Source: an uncultured Veillonellaceae bacterium (GTDB lineage: Bacteria; Bacillota; Negativicutes; UBA1444). From it: a stretch of DNA of 64,000 nucleotides. Made by a program: the position numbers and the translations under genes. Shown piece by piece: positions 38,168-46,753 of this stretch. How positions within the stretch are numbered: position 1 is the stretch's first letter; every line of letters starts with the position of its first letter. Under the pieces are notes generated by a model, which saw only the letters and a program-made list of their open reading frames with translations, was not told the origin of the DNA and searched no databases. Location of the stretch: assembly GCA_964601085.1 (NCBI GenBank), contig CAZRLN010000001.1:19166-83165 (forward strand). Direction: 5' to 3'.

Positions 38168-39055
38168 ATGGAAGAATTATTGCAGGAGTTTTTGCATTAT
38201 ATCGCGGTGGAACGGGGACTGGCGAGGAACACGATCCTTGCCTATGAACGGGATCTGCGGCAGTTTTTCAACTATTTGGCGGATAACGGAATTCAGGGCG
38301 TGGATCAACTGCAGCCGCCAATTTTGGTGAAATATCTTCGCAGCCTCCAAGCCGACGGTTTGCGGGCCACCTCCATATCCCGAAAATTGGCGGCAATTCG
38401 CAATTACTGTCAATATGCCGTTCGGGAACGGATATTGAAGAAAGATCCCTCCGGCATGATTGAATCCATGAAAACTCCGCTGCGGTTACCGAAAGTACTG
38501 GACGAAAAAGAAATCGCCGCATTGCTCGAACAGCCGGCTGAGCTGAAACCGTCCGGACTGCGCGACCGGGCAATGCTGGAACTGATGTACGCTACCGGAG
38601 TTCGGGTATCGGAACTGGTTTCACTGAAAGTGAACGATGTGAATATGGACATGGGGTACATCCGGTGTTTCGGTAAGGGTTCCAAGGAACGCATCGTCCC
38701 GATGGGCGAGATCGCCCAATCGGCGGTGCGGGACTACCTGAACCGGGGACGGCCGAAACTTTTGAGCCGTTCTCTGGAGGACACGCTGTTTCTCAACCGG
38801 CGCGGCCAAAAAATGACCCGGCAGGCTTTCTGGCTGATTATCCAGGCGAAAGCCCGGCAGGCCGGGATTGCCAAAACGGTGACGCCGCATATGCTGCGGC
38901 ATTCATTCGCCACCCATCTGCTCGACCATGGGGCCGATCTTCGCTCGGTTCAGGAAATGCTGGGACATGTAGATATCACGACCACACAGATTTATACGCA
39001 TGTGACCCGGACCCGGTTGAAGGAAGTCTACAACCGGACTCATCCCCGGGCATAG
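38168..39055 (+). CDS. xerD: site-specific tyrosine recombinase XerD
   Basis: N-terminal SAM-like domain and catalytic R...K...HxxR...Y with LGHVDITTTQIYTHV. Confidence 0.85.
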   Translation: MEELLQEFLHYIAVERGLARNTILAYERDLRQFFNYLADNGIQGVDQLQPPILVKYLRSLQADGLRATSISRKLAAIRNYCQYAVRERILKKDPSGMIESMKTPLRLPKVLDEKEIAALLEQPAELKPSGLRDRAMLELMYATGVRVSELVSLKVNDVNMDMGYIRCFGKGSKERIVPMGEIAQSAVRDYLNRGRPKLLSRSLEDTLFLNRRGQKMTRQAFWLIIQAKARQAGIAKTVTPHMLRHSFATHLLDHGADLRSVQEMLGHVDITTTQIYTHVTRTRLKEVYNRTHPRA

Positions 39056-39070
39056 TTGGGGGGCGGCGAA

Positions 39071-40399
39071 ATGCGCATGGTGGATCTGATCGAAAAGAAG
39101 AAACAGGGCGGCGTTCACGACGACGTCGAGATCCGGCATATTGTTGAAGGGTATCTGGCGGGTGCAATCCCGGATTACCAGATGTCGGCCTGGCTGATGG
39201 CGGTGTGGTTCCGGGGGCTTTCGAAGGCGGAAACGGTGAATTTGACGCTGGCGATGGCGCAATCCGGAAAGATCCTCGACTTGTCGATGATCGAAGGCGT
39301 CAAGGTCGATAAACACAGCACCGGCGGCGTGGCGGACACTACCACGCTGATTGTCGCTCCTCTGGTGGCGGCGACCGGGGTCAAGGTCGCCAAAATGTCA
39401 GGGCGCGGATTGGGCTTTACCGGCGGCACCATCGACAAGTTAGAGGCGATTCCTGGTTTTCGAACGAACCTGGAAATTACGGAATTTATTGACCAGGTCC
39501 GGCGGATCGGCTTGGCCATCATCGGACAGACCCACGATCTGGCGCCGGCCGATGGCAAGATCTATGCGTTGCGGGATGTTTCGGCGACAGTGGACAGCTT
39601 GCCGTTGATCGCAGCTTCGGTCATGAGCAAAAAAATTGCTGCGGGCGCAGACAAGATCCTGTTGGATGTCAAATTCGGCAGCGGCGCGTTTATGAAGGAT
39701 CTTGATTCCGCCAAAGAACTGGCGCGGTTGATGGTTGAGATAGGCAACGGCGCCGGCCGGCAGACGGCGGCCCTGGTGACCGGAATGGCCGAACCTCTGG
39801 GTACGGCGATCGGCAATAGCCTGGAGGTGAGGGAAGCGGTGGAAGTCCTGTCTGGCGCCGGGGATATGCGGTTGCGGGATTTTTGCTTGTTTATGGCGGC
39901 CAGGATGCTGATGCTGGCGAAACCGGAATGGAACAGCGCAAAGGCGGCGGCAGCCGTCCGGACGGCATTGGACAGCGGTGAGGCATTGGCGAAATTCCAG
40001 GAGTTTGTTGTCGCCCAGGGCGGTGACGGTCGTATTGCGACAGAACCGGATCGCCTGGGAGTCGCAGCGTGCAGTCAGGAGATCCGTGTCGACAGGGAGG
40101 GCTTTATCCTTGGAATGGATTCAGCTCGAATCGGAAATGCCGCGATCCTGCTGGGCGCCGGCCGAGCCAAAAAGAATGACGGGATTGATCTGACAGCCGG
40201 AATTCGGTTGCATCGACGCTGCGGCGATTATGTCCAAGCAGGGGACTTGCTGGCGACCCTGTATTTTAAAGATGGTGTGGACCCAACGCCGGCCCGGCGG
40301 AATGTTGAGAAGGCGATTGCGATGGGGACGGCGGCAAAAAAAGAAAATCGCCTGGTTATTGGAATCATGGATGAGACTGGTTGGAATAGCCTGGAATAG
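39071..40399 (+). CDS. pdp: pyrimidine-nucleoside phosphorylase / thymidine phosphorylase
   Basis: KKKQGG...SAWLMAVWFRG and DKHSTGGVADTT motifs of the glycosyl transferase family 3. Confidence 0.9.
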   Translation: MRMVDLIEKKKQGGVHDDVEIRHIVEGYLAGAIPDYQMSAWLMAVWFRGLSKAETVNLTLAMAQSGKILDLSMIEGVKVDKHSTGGVADTTTLIVAPLVAATGVKVAKMSGRGLGFTGGTIDKLEAIPGFRTNLEITEFIDQVRRIGLAIIGQTHDLAPADGKIYALRDVSATVDSLPLIAASVMSKKIAAGADKILLDVKFGSGAFMKDLDSAKELARLMVEIGNGAGRQTAALVTGMAEPLGTAIGNSLEVREAVEVLSGAGDMRLRDFCLFMAARMLMLAKPEWNSAKAAAAVRTALDSGEALAKFQEFVVAQGGDGRIATEPDRLGVAACSQEIRVDREGFILGMDSARIGNAAILLGAGRAKKNDGIDLTAGIRLHRRCGDYVQAGDLLATLYFKDGVDPTPARRNVEKAIAMGTAAKKENRLVIGIMDETGWNSLE

Positions 40400-40470
40400 C
40401 TGAAATTCCGGGCTATTTTTTAGAGGGAGAACAGGCTGGGGGAATTCCATAAAGTTGCGTATTGTCTTTG

Positions 40471-40503
40471 TGCGAGTTGGATAATTCTCGCATTTTTTTT
40501 TTT
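40471..40503 (+). terminator. strong rho-independent terminator after pdp
   Basis: Stem tgcgag/ctcgca with a 10-nt loop, followed by a run of 11 T. Confidence 0.7.
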
Positions 40504-40861
40504 GTGTTTGTTAAACCGGAGCGATAATGAAGTTAGAAATAAAATGGGATACAATCAAGCCACAAGTTGGTCAAGAGCTTAAACAACGAACGATTTGACA
40601 TCTTTTCCCCAACTTGGCAGATAGGTGAAGTTATTGTTTGGACCGGGAATATATGGAAAAATGCGGTGTTTGATATGCGAATATTGACCTGTGGGCAAAA
40701 CTGTCGAAAGACAGTGACGCAATGCTATGGATCTGTAGACGTAAACCGTCCAGGATTGCCAGGCTGCCGGCGCAAAGCGCCGATAGTCGGCAATCCTTTT
40801 GTTTTTTTCGAGAACCAATTCGGTATTGTTCAAAATCATTATCCCAGTGGAGGAGAAAATG

Positions 40862-41152
40862 ATGTCGAAAAAAGGTAATCGTTACAACGCGGATTTTAAG
40901 AAGAAAGTCATTGCCCACAGTCGTCAGCCTGGCAATACTATTGCCGGAACCGCCAAGCAGTTTGACATCAGCGATCAGACTCTGCGCAACTGGCTTAACC
41001 AACGCGAGGATCAGAAACATCTGGACCGACTGCGATTGATGCAATTGGAAAAGGAATTGGCGGAAGCAAAACGACGATTGGCGGACATGGAATTGACCAA
41101 TGAAATTTTGATCAAGGCCACCGCAATTTTTGCCGCTAATAAGCAAGCCTGA
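40862..41152 (+). mobile_element. IS3-family transposase OrfA (HTH + leucine-zipper) lacking an OrfB partner; IS remnant
   Basis: MSKKGNRYNADFKKKVIAHSRQ...QTLRNWLNQ HTH_Tnp_1 domain followed by a coiled-coil, ending ...IFAANKQA*. RBS GGAGGAG. No OrfB-like ORF or frameshift partner follows; a polysaccharide export gene starts 54 nt later. Confidence 0.65.
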
Positions 41153-41205
41153 TGTTATTGTCTGAATCAACCGAACACTTAGTGGACAGAATGGAGGGGA
41201 AGCCG

Positions 41206-41940
41206 ATGAAGAAGTGGTTTTTGCTACTGCTGATTTTGTTGATTATGCCGCACGCCGGCAGTTTGGCAGCCGAACTAAATATCCCTTATATTTTGCACCC
41301 TGGCGATGTGCTGTCGATTAATGTCGCCGGCTATCCCGAATTGAGCTTCCCGCAAACAGAAGGCCGTCAGGGCATTACAATCGGCCTGGATGGGAAAATA
41401 GCCTATCCGTTTTTAGGCGAGGTTTCCACGCAGGGATTGACTGCGGACCAATTGGCAACCTCCTTGGCGGAACGGCTCAAAGGAGTGTATGTAAACGCCG
41501 CTGTCAGCGTAAATATCATGCGGTATGGCAAAGAAAGGATTTATGTTTTGGGGGAAGTGAATCGACCCGGGTCCTACGAACTGGACAAAGTTCGGACCCT
41601 ATTGGACGCGATAGGCGCAGCCAGCGGCTGGCAAACCGATGCGGCGAAAACCAAGGTTTTTATTATTCGCCGTGATCAGAACGGCAAACCACCGATCAAG
41701 GTTAATTTGATGAGTTTGTTGGAAAATGGCGATACCAGCAAAAATCATCGGCTTCGCGAAGGCGATGTCGTATTTTTGGTTGGCTCAAACAAATTGAATT
41801 TGGCGACGGACCTTCTTCCCTTAGTTAATGCGGCGTATCAATTGGCGAAATTCAATCATCTGAATCCCAATAATAACCAAGCGTCGCAGACTTCTCAGAA
41901 CCCCAATAATCCTAATAATCCTGATCCTGGGTGTCACTGA
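41206..41940 (+). CDS. Wza-like polysaccharide export protein (OPX; Poly_export + SLBB domain), paralog 1
   Basis: Signal peptide MKKWFLLLLILLIMPHAGSLAAE, PGD(V/M)LSI Poly_export motif, and an SLBB domain. The C-terminus is low-complexity NPNNPNNPDPGCH. Confidence 0.8.
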   Translation: MKKWFLLLLILLIMPHAGSLAAELNIPYILHPGDVLSINVAGYPELSFPQTEGRQGITIGLDGKIAYPFLGEVSTQGLTADQLATSLAERLKGVYVNAAVSVNIMRYGKERIYVLGEVNRPGSYELDKVRTLLDAIGAASGWQTDAAKTKVFIIRRDQNGKPPIKVNLMSLLENGDTSKNHRLREGDVVFLVGSNKLNLATDLLPLVNAAYQLAKFNHLNPNNNQASQTSQNPNNPNNPDPGCH

Positions 41941-42023
41941 TCTGTATTCCGTCTGGCGTTGGAAATCCAAAGTTTTGCGGGTCTCGATAATCAGGGATTG
42001 TGAATATTTAAGGGGGTGTACTA

Positions 42024-42725
42024 ATGAGAAAATGGTTGTTTCTGGTGATGATTCTGGTGATCCTGCCGCATACAGGCGTGCTGGCGGCTGAAACGAATCC
42101 GGCGCCCACGCCGGACGTTAACAATTCTAATGGCGCCTATATCCTTCATCCGGGCGACATGCTGTCGATCAATGTGTTTGGGTATCCGGAATTGAGTTTT
42201 CCCAATCAGGGCCATATGGAAGGACTGACGATTCGCCCGGACGGAAAACTGACCTATCCCTTTCTGGGGGAAATCGCGGCAAAAGGAATGACGGTAAAAG
42301 ATTTCGCCAAGCTTCTTTCGGAACAGTTGGGCGAGATCTACGTGAACCCGGTTCTCAGCGTGAACATTATGCGTTTTGGTACGGATCGGATCTATGTCTT
42401 GGGCGAAGTCAACCAACCGGGAGCGTATGAGCTGGATAAGAGCCGAAATCTTCTGGACGCGATTGGCGCGGCGCGCGGCTGGACCAAAGATGCGGCGAAA
42501 ACCAAGGTTTTCATTATCCGTAAAGATCAAAACGGCAAGCCGCCACTAAAGATCAATCTCATGTCTTTGCTCAAGGAAGGCGATACCAGCAAAAACTATC
42601 CCCTTCAACAGGGCGACGTTGTATATCTGACGGAAAATCATCGGATTGATTTTGCCAGAGATATTGTGCCGCTCATCAATGCCGCCTACATGATTACCTG
42701 GATTTCCGACAACAACAAACGGTGA
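42024..42725 (+). CDS. Wza-like polysaccharide export protein (OPX), paralog 2
   Basis: About 65% identical to paralog 1 over the core, with signal peptide MRKWLFLVMILVILPHTGVLAAE. Confidence 0.8.
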   Translation: MRKWLFLVMILVILPHTGVLAAETNPAPTPDVNNSNGAYILHPGDMLSINVFGYPELSFPNQGHMEGLTIRPDGKLTYPFLGEIAAKGMTVKDFAKLLSEQLGEIYVNPVLSVNIMRFGTDRIYVLGEVNQPGAYELDKSRNLLDAIGAARGWTKDAAKTKVFIIRKDQNGKPPLKINLMSLLKEGDTSKNYPLQQGDVVYLTENHRIDFARDIVPLINAAYMITWISDNNKR

Positions 42726-42770
42726 CCAGTGCGGGAGAGTGAAAAAATTCAACATTGGGGAGGCACAATT

Positions 42771-44144
42771 ATGTTCGAGGAAAAATTGGAGATGCGTACC
42801 ATTGCCACAATTATCGGTCGACGGCGCAAAATCATTGGCGGCGTTTTGGGGGCAATGATCATTGCTGCGCTGATCTTCAGCTTTTTGCAACCAACCCAGT
42901 ATGAAGGAACGGTAAGCCTTCGGGTCCAATACCCGCTGGGGCTGAACGACAGGCTTTCGGCGCTGCCGTCAGACCAAATGATCACGCAGCAGATCATGAC
43001 CTATGCCGAAATTGCCAAAAGTCGGGCCGTTGTTCAACCGATCATTGAATATCTGTACGCCGATGCCGAGGAAAAGCCGCTCTATGAAGATATGGCCAAA
43101 CGGATCGATGCCAAACCGGTACGCGGGACCGACATGCTGGTATTGAGTATCTTGGCCGGAACACCGGCGGAAGCGCAAAAAGCGGCGGATTATCTATTGA
43201 TGACTTTCAATGCGAAACTTACGGACATTGTCAGACTCCAGGGGAAAGAGTCGCGGGTATTTATTGGCGGCCGACTGGAAGAAGCCAAGCTGGAATTGGA
43301 TAAAACGGAACAAGCGTTGGTCGACTTCAAGTCGAAAAACCAGACGGTGTCCATTAGCGACCAAACAAGAACCTTTGTGGAACGCCAGGCAAATTTGCGA
43401 AGACTGGCGGTGGACAATCAGTTGGCGTTGGAGAAGGCTTGGGCTCAAGTGAGATCGCCGGCGTTAATTTCCGATACGCCCACGATCACAAATCTGAAAA
43501 GTCGTCTTGCCGACCAGGAAGCCGAGCTTGCCGCATTGTTGAAAAACCATACGGATAAGCATCCCAAGGTGAAAACCTTGCAAGCGGCCATGGGCGAAAA
43601 CAAGGCGAAACTGAATGAAGAAATGAAACGTGTGGCCCAAGGCGAACTGGCATTGGGACAAACTCAGCGGGCCACGATCGCCAGACTTAGCAGCCAGGAA
43701 GAACAGGAGATGGCAGCGCTGCCGGCCAAAGAACAGGGTCTCGCCCGGCTGATGCTCAATTATACGGTGGCGCAGGAACTCTATGTCATGCTGGCCAAGC
43801 GGTATGAAGATGCCCGGATCAGTGAAGTGATGCAACCGACCAATGTTCAGGTCGTCGATGTCGCCGCAATGCCGGAAAAAACTGCTCGACCTCGCTGGTT
43901 GCTGAATTTGGCGATCGCCGGCCTGATTGGTCTGTTTTCCGGTGTTACCGCCGCGTTTTTCGTCGATTATTTCCGCAAGACGATCGATACGGCGGAGGAT
44001 GTCAAGAATTATCTTGGACTCCGGGTGATCGGCAGTATTCCCAGCTATGGCATGCAAAAGGAACCGGAAAAAGCTTGGAGCAACTTTACGCACAGGGTAC
44101 CGCAAGTGATCAAATCCGCTGAAGCGAAAAGTCAGGAGGGATGA
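42771..44144 (+). CDS. polysaccharide co-polymerase (Wzz/GumC-like chain-length determinant, PCP)
   Basis: N- and C-terminal TM helices flank a long coiled-coil periplasmic domain. There is no fused kinase domain. Confidence 0.8.
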   Translation: MFEEKLEMRTIATIIGRRRKIIGGVLGAMIIAALIFSFLQPTQYEGTVSLRVQYPLGLNDRLSALPSDQMITQQIMTYAEIAKSRAVVQPIIEYLYADAEEKPLYEDMAKRIDAKPVRGTDMLVLSILAGTPAEAQKAADYLLMTFNAKLTDIVRLQGKESRVFIGGRLEEAKLELDKTEQALVDFKSKNQTVSISDQTRTFVERQANLRRLAVDNQLALEKAWAQVRSPALISDTPTITNLKSRLADQEAELAALLKNHTDKHPKVKTLQAAMGENKAKLNEEMKRVAQGELALGQTQRATIARLSSQEEQEMAALPAKEQGLARLMLNYTVAQELYVMLAKRYEDARISEVMQPTNVQVVDVAAMPEKTARPRWLLNLAIAGLIGLFSGVTAAFFVDYFRKTIDTAEDVKNYLGLRVIGSIPSYGMQKEPEKAWSNFTHRVPQVIKSAEAKSQEG

Positions 44145-44146
44145 TC

Positions 44147-44821
44147 GTGGGAAAACAAACTCGATATATCATCCGGGATCGGGAACAGTCGGCGGTTGCC
44201 GAATCTTTCCGGGTGCTGAGTTCGACACTGCAGGAGACGCAGGCGGAAACCGGCGCTAAAACTATCTTGTTTTCGACCGTTACGACCGGTGAAGGCGATT
44301 CGATGGCAGCTGTCAACACTGCTGCATCCTTGGCATATGCCGGCAAAAAAGTAATTTTGGTGGATTGTGATATGCGACGCCCGGTATTGCACGAAATCTT
44401 CCACGTCGATGTTTTTGGCTTGACCAACGTTATCATCCAGGACAGGGAAGTGGCGGAAATGCTGCAAGACACGGATATCGCCGGACTTAAAGTCTTGTCC
44501 AGCGGATCGGTTCCGGTGGGGCCCGTGGAATTGCTTTCCAATCCCAAACTGCGGGAGGTTCTGGAAACATTGAAGACGATGGCCGATTATGTATGTATTG
44601 TTTGTGCCCCGCTGATCATCCGTTCTTCCAACATACTCTCCGATGCCTGCATTGTGGCGTCCAAAGTCGATGGGGTAATTTTGGTCATCGACAGCCGGTC
44701 CGTGAAAACGCAGACTGCGAAGAAAGCGGTGGAGTTGTTGAACGGCGCCAGGGCAAAGGTGATCGGGACGGTGCTGAACGATGTGAAAGCGGCAGACGAG
44801 TTCATGTATTTTGCCTCTTAG
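44147..44821 (+). CDS. BY-kinase (CpsD/CapB-type) homolog with degenerate catalytic motifs (predicted pseudokinase)
   Basis: AESFRVLSSTLQ N-terminal motif and overall CpsD-like architecture. The Walker A position reads TTGEGDSM instead of GEGKST. The Walker B-equivalent reads DYVCIVCAP instead of DYVIIDTPP. There is no C-terminal Tyr cluster (ends ...EFMYFAS). GTG start is inferred from AGGAGG spacing; the alternative ATG is at 44141. Confidence 0.75.
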   Translation: MGKQTRYIIRDREQSAVAESFRVLSSTLQETQAETGAKTILFSTVTTGEGDSMAAVNTAASLAYAGKKVILVDCDMRRPVLHEIFHVDVFGLTNVIIQDREVAEMLQDTDIAGLKVLSSGSVPVGPVELLSNPKLREVLETLKTMADYVCIVCAPLIIRSSNILSDACIVASKVDGVILVIDSRSVKTQTAKKAVELLNGARAKVIGTVLNDVKAADEFMYFAS

Positions 44822-44839
44822 AGGATACCTGGCGACCAG

Positions 44840-46753
44840 ATGAGAAAAGGCAGGCGAATTCAGGTGCGACAAAAAATAAACCGCTTATGCCTGATGGTTG
44901 CTGATGCAGCGGTTTTTGCCGTCAGCCCCTTCATAGCATTATATCTGCGAGTAGACGACATAGCCGGAAGCGTATATTTGGATAAAATCATCCATTATCT
45001 GCCGGTGCTTCTGGCGGTCCACTTTCTTGCCTTTTTTGCCCTCCAACTGTACCGTCGGGTATGGAAATACGCCGGTATCCATGAATTGCTGTCGATTGTC
45101 GGGGCGGCGACGCTGGCGCAATTGTCGTTGTACCTTCTGGCCCAGGCGGGCGGGATTGGTTTGCCGCGAAGCCTCTATATTCTCTGCGGGTTGTTGGAAG
45201 TTGCAATGATTGGCGGAATTCGGCTGTCGGTAAGAATTGCATCGAACAAATGCCTCGAATTTCTTGGCCGCCCCGAAAAAATTCTGATATTTGGCGCCGG
45301 TGATGTGGGATCTTGGATTGTAAAGGAAATCCGTGCCCATTATGGCGCCAACAAGAAAATTGTTGGATTCATCGATGATGACCCGAAGAAATTGGGTTGC
45401 ATACTGAATGGCGTAAAAGTGCTGGGCGGGCGTTATGAAATTGAAAAAATTGTCACGCAGCATGGAATCGATGAAATCATTGTCGCCATCCCATCCGCCC
45501 GCAGCATGCTAGTTCGGGAAATTGTTAAAATGTGCCGTAGTACGAAAAGTAAAGTCAAAATTGTCCCCGCACTTCATGAGGTCATTGACGGATTGGTTAC
45601 AATTCGCCAGTTGCGGGATGTCAATCTGGAAGATTTGTTGCACCGGGAACCGATCAAACTGGACATTGCCCTGATGCGAACGCAATTTCGGCAAAAACGA
45701 GTGCTGATCACCGGCGCCGGTGGCTCCATCGGATCGGAGATTTCCCGCCAGGTAGCCAAGATGTTACCGGCTAAGCTGTATTTGTTGGGCAAGAGTGAAA
45801 ACAATATTTTTGAAATTGAACGCGAATTGCAAAGGTTGTATCCACACCTGGAAATGGAGCCGATTATTGCGGATGTTCGTGATGAAAAGCGCATCCGCAG
45901 CATATTCGCCGAACGACGTCCGGAAATCATCTTTCACGCCGCCGCGCACAAACATGTTCCCCTGATGGAGAGCCAACCGGTAGAGGCGGTTCAGAATAAT
46001 ATTTTCGGGACGATGACTGTCGCCAGAGCCGCAATGGCCGTGGAAGCAGAATGTTTTGTCATGGTGTCCACGGACAAAGCCATTAATCCTTCCAGTGTCA
46101 TGGGGGTAACCAAGCGAGTGGCGGAGATGGTCATTTGTTCCATGAACGGGAAGAGCGCCACAAGATTCGCCGCGGTACGCTTCGGCAATGTGCTGGGCAG
46201 CAGGGGCAGCGTGGTTCAACTGTTTCGCAAACAAATCGCCCAAGGCGAGGCCATCACGATCACTCACCCCGACATGTGCCGCTACTTCATGACGATTCCG
46301 GAAGCTTCGCAACTGGTGCTCCAGGCCGGCGCCATGGCGAAGGGCGGCGAAGTGTTTGTCCTCGACATGGGGGAACCGATCAAGATTGTGGATTTGGCTT
46401 GCCACTTGATTGAGCTGACCGGTTTGGTTCCCCACAAGGACATAAAAATTGAATATACAGGCTTACGTCCCGGCGAAAAACTGTTTGAAGAGTTGTTGAC
46501 GGCGGAAGAGGGCAGCTCGGCAACAAAACATGAAAAAATATTTGTGACTAATTTGAAAAAAGTGGATGAAGAAAAGTTGTATGAAAGCCTGACGGTTTTG
46601 AGAAATATCGAGGATTCGGATAAAATCGTCAACCTTCTGGCAAAATTGGTTCCCACGTACCAAGGTTCCAGGGTACGGCGGCTGCGCCTGATCGAAGGCA
46701 AAGAAGCGCTGACGACGGTTGATGGGAAAATGGTTCCCGAGGAGGCGCTTTGA
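44840..46753 (+). CDS. membrane-anchored UDP-N-acetylglucosamine 4,6-dehydratase (CapD/PglF/WbpM family)
   Basis: 637 aa. Four N-terminal TM helices, then tandem Rossmann domains with GAGGSIGSE, and an SDR catalytic region. Confidence 0.85.
   Translation: MRKGRRIQVRQKINRLCLMVADAAVFAVSPFIALYLRVDDIAGSVYLDKIIHYLPVLLAVHFLAFFALQLYRRVWKYAGIHELLSIVGAATLAQLSLYLLAQAGGIGLPRSLYILCGLLEVAMIGGIRLSVRIASNKCLEFLGRPEKILIFGAGDVGSWIVKEIRAHYGANKKIVGFIDDDPKKLGCILNGVKVLGGRYEIEKIVTQHGIDEIIVAIPSARSMLVREIVKMCRSTKSKVKIVPALHEVIDGLVTIRQLRDVNLEDLLHREPIKLDIALMRTQFRQKRVLITGAGGSIGSEISRQVAKMLPAKLYLLGKSENNIFEIERELQRLYPHLEMEPIIADVRDEKRIRSIFAERRPEIIFHAAAHKHVPLMESQPVEAVQNNIFGTMTVARAAMAVEAECFVMVSTDKAINPSSVMGVTKRVAEMVICSMNGKSATRFAAVRFGNVLGSRGSVVQLFRKQIAQGEAITITHPDMCRYFMTIPEASQLVLQAGAMAKGGEVFVLDMGEPIKIVDLACHLIELTGLVPHKDIKIEYTGLRPGEKLFEELLTAEEGSSATKHEKIFVTNLKKVDEEKLYESLTVLRNIEDSDKIVNLLAKLVPTYQGSRVRRLRLIEGKEALTTVDGKMVPEEAL

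Noticed and set aside
40567-40878. 103-aa plus-strand ORF (MVKSLNNERFDIF...) upstream of the IS OrfA
   Set aside because: No RBS, Cys/Trp-rich odd composition, overlaps the probable IS left end and an antisense ORF. Most likely non-coding IS terminal sequence.
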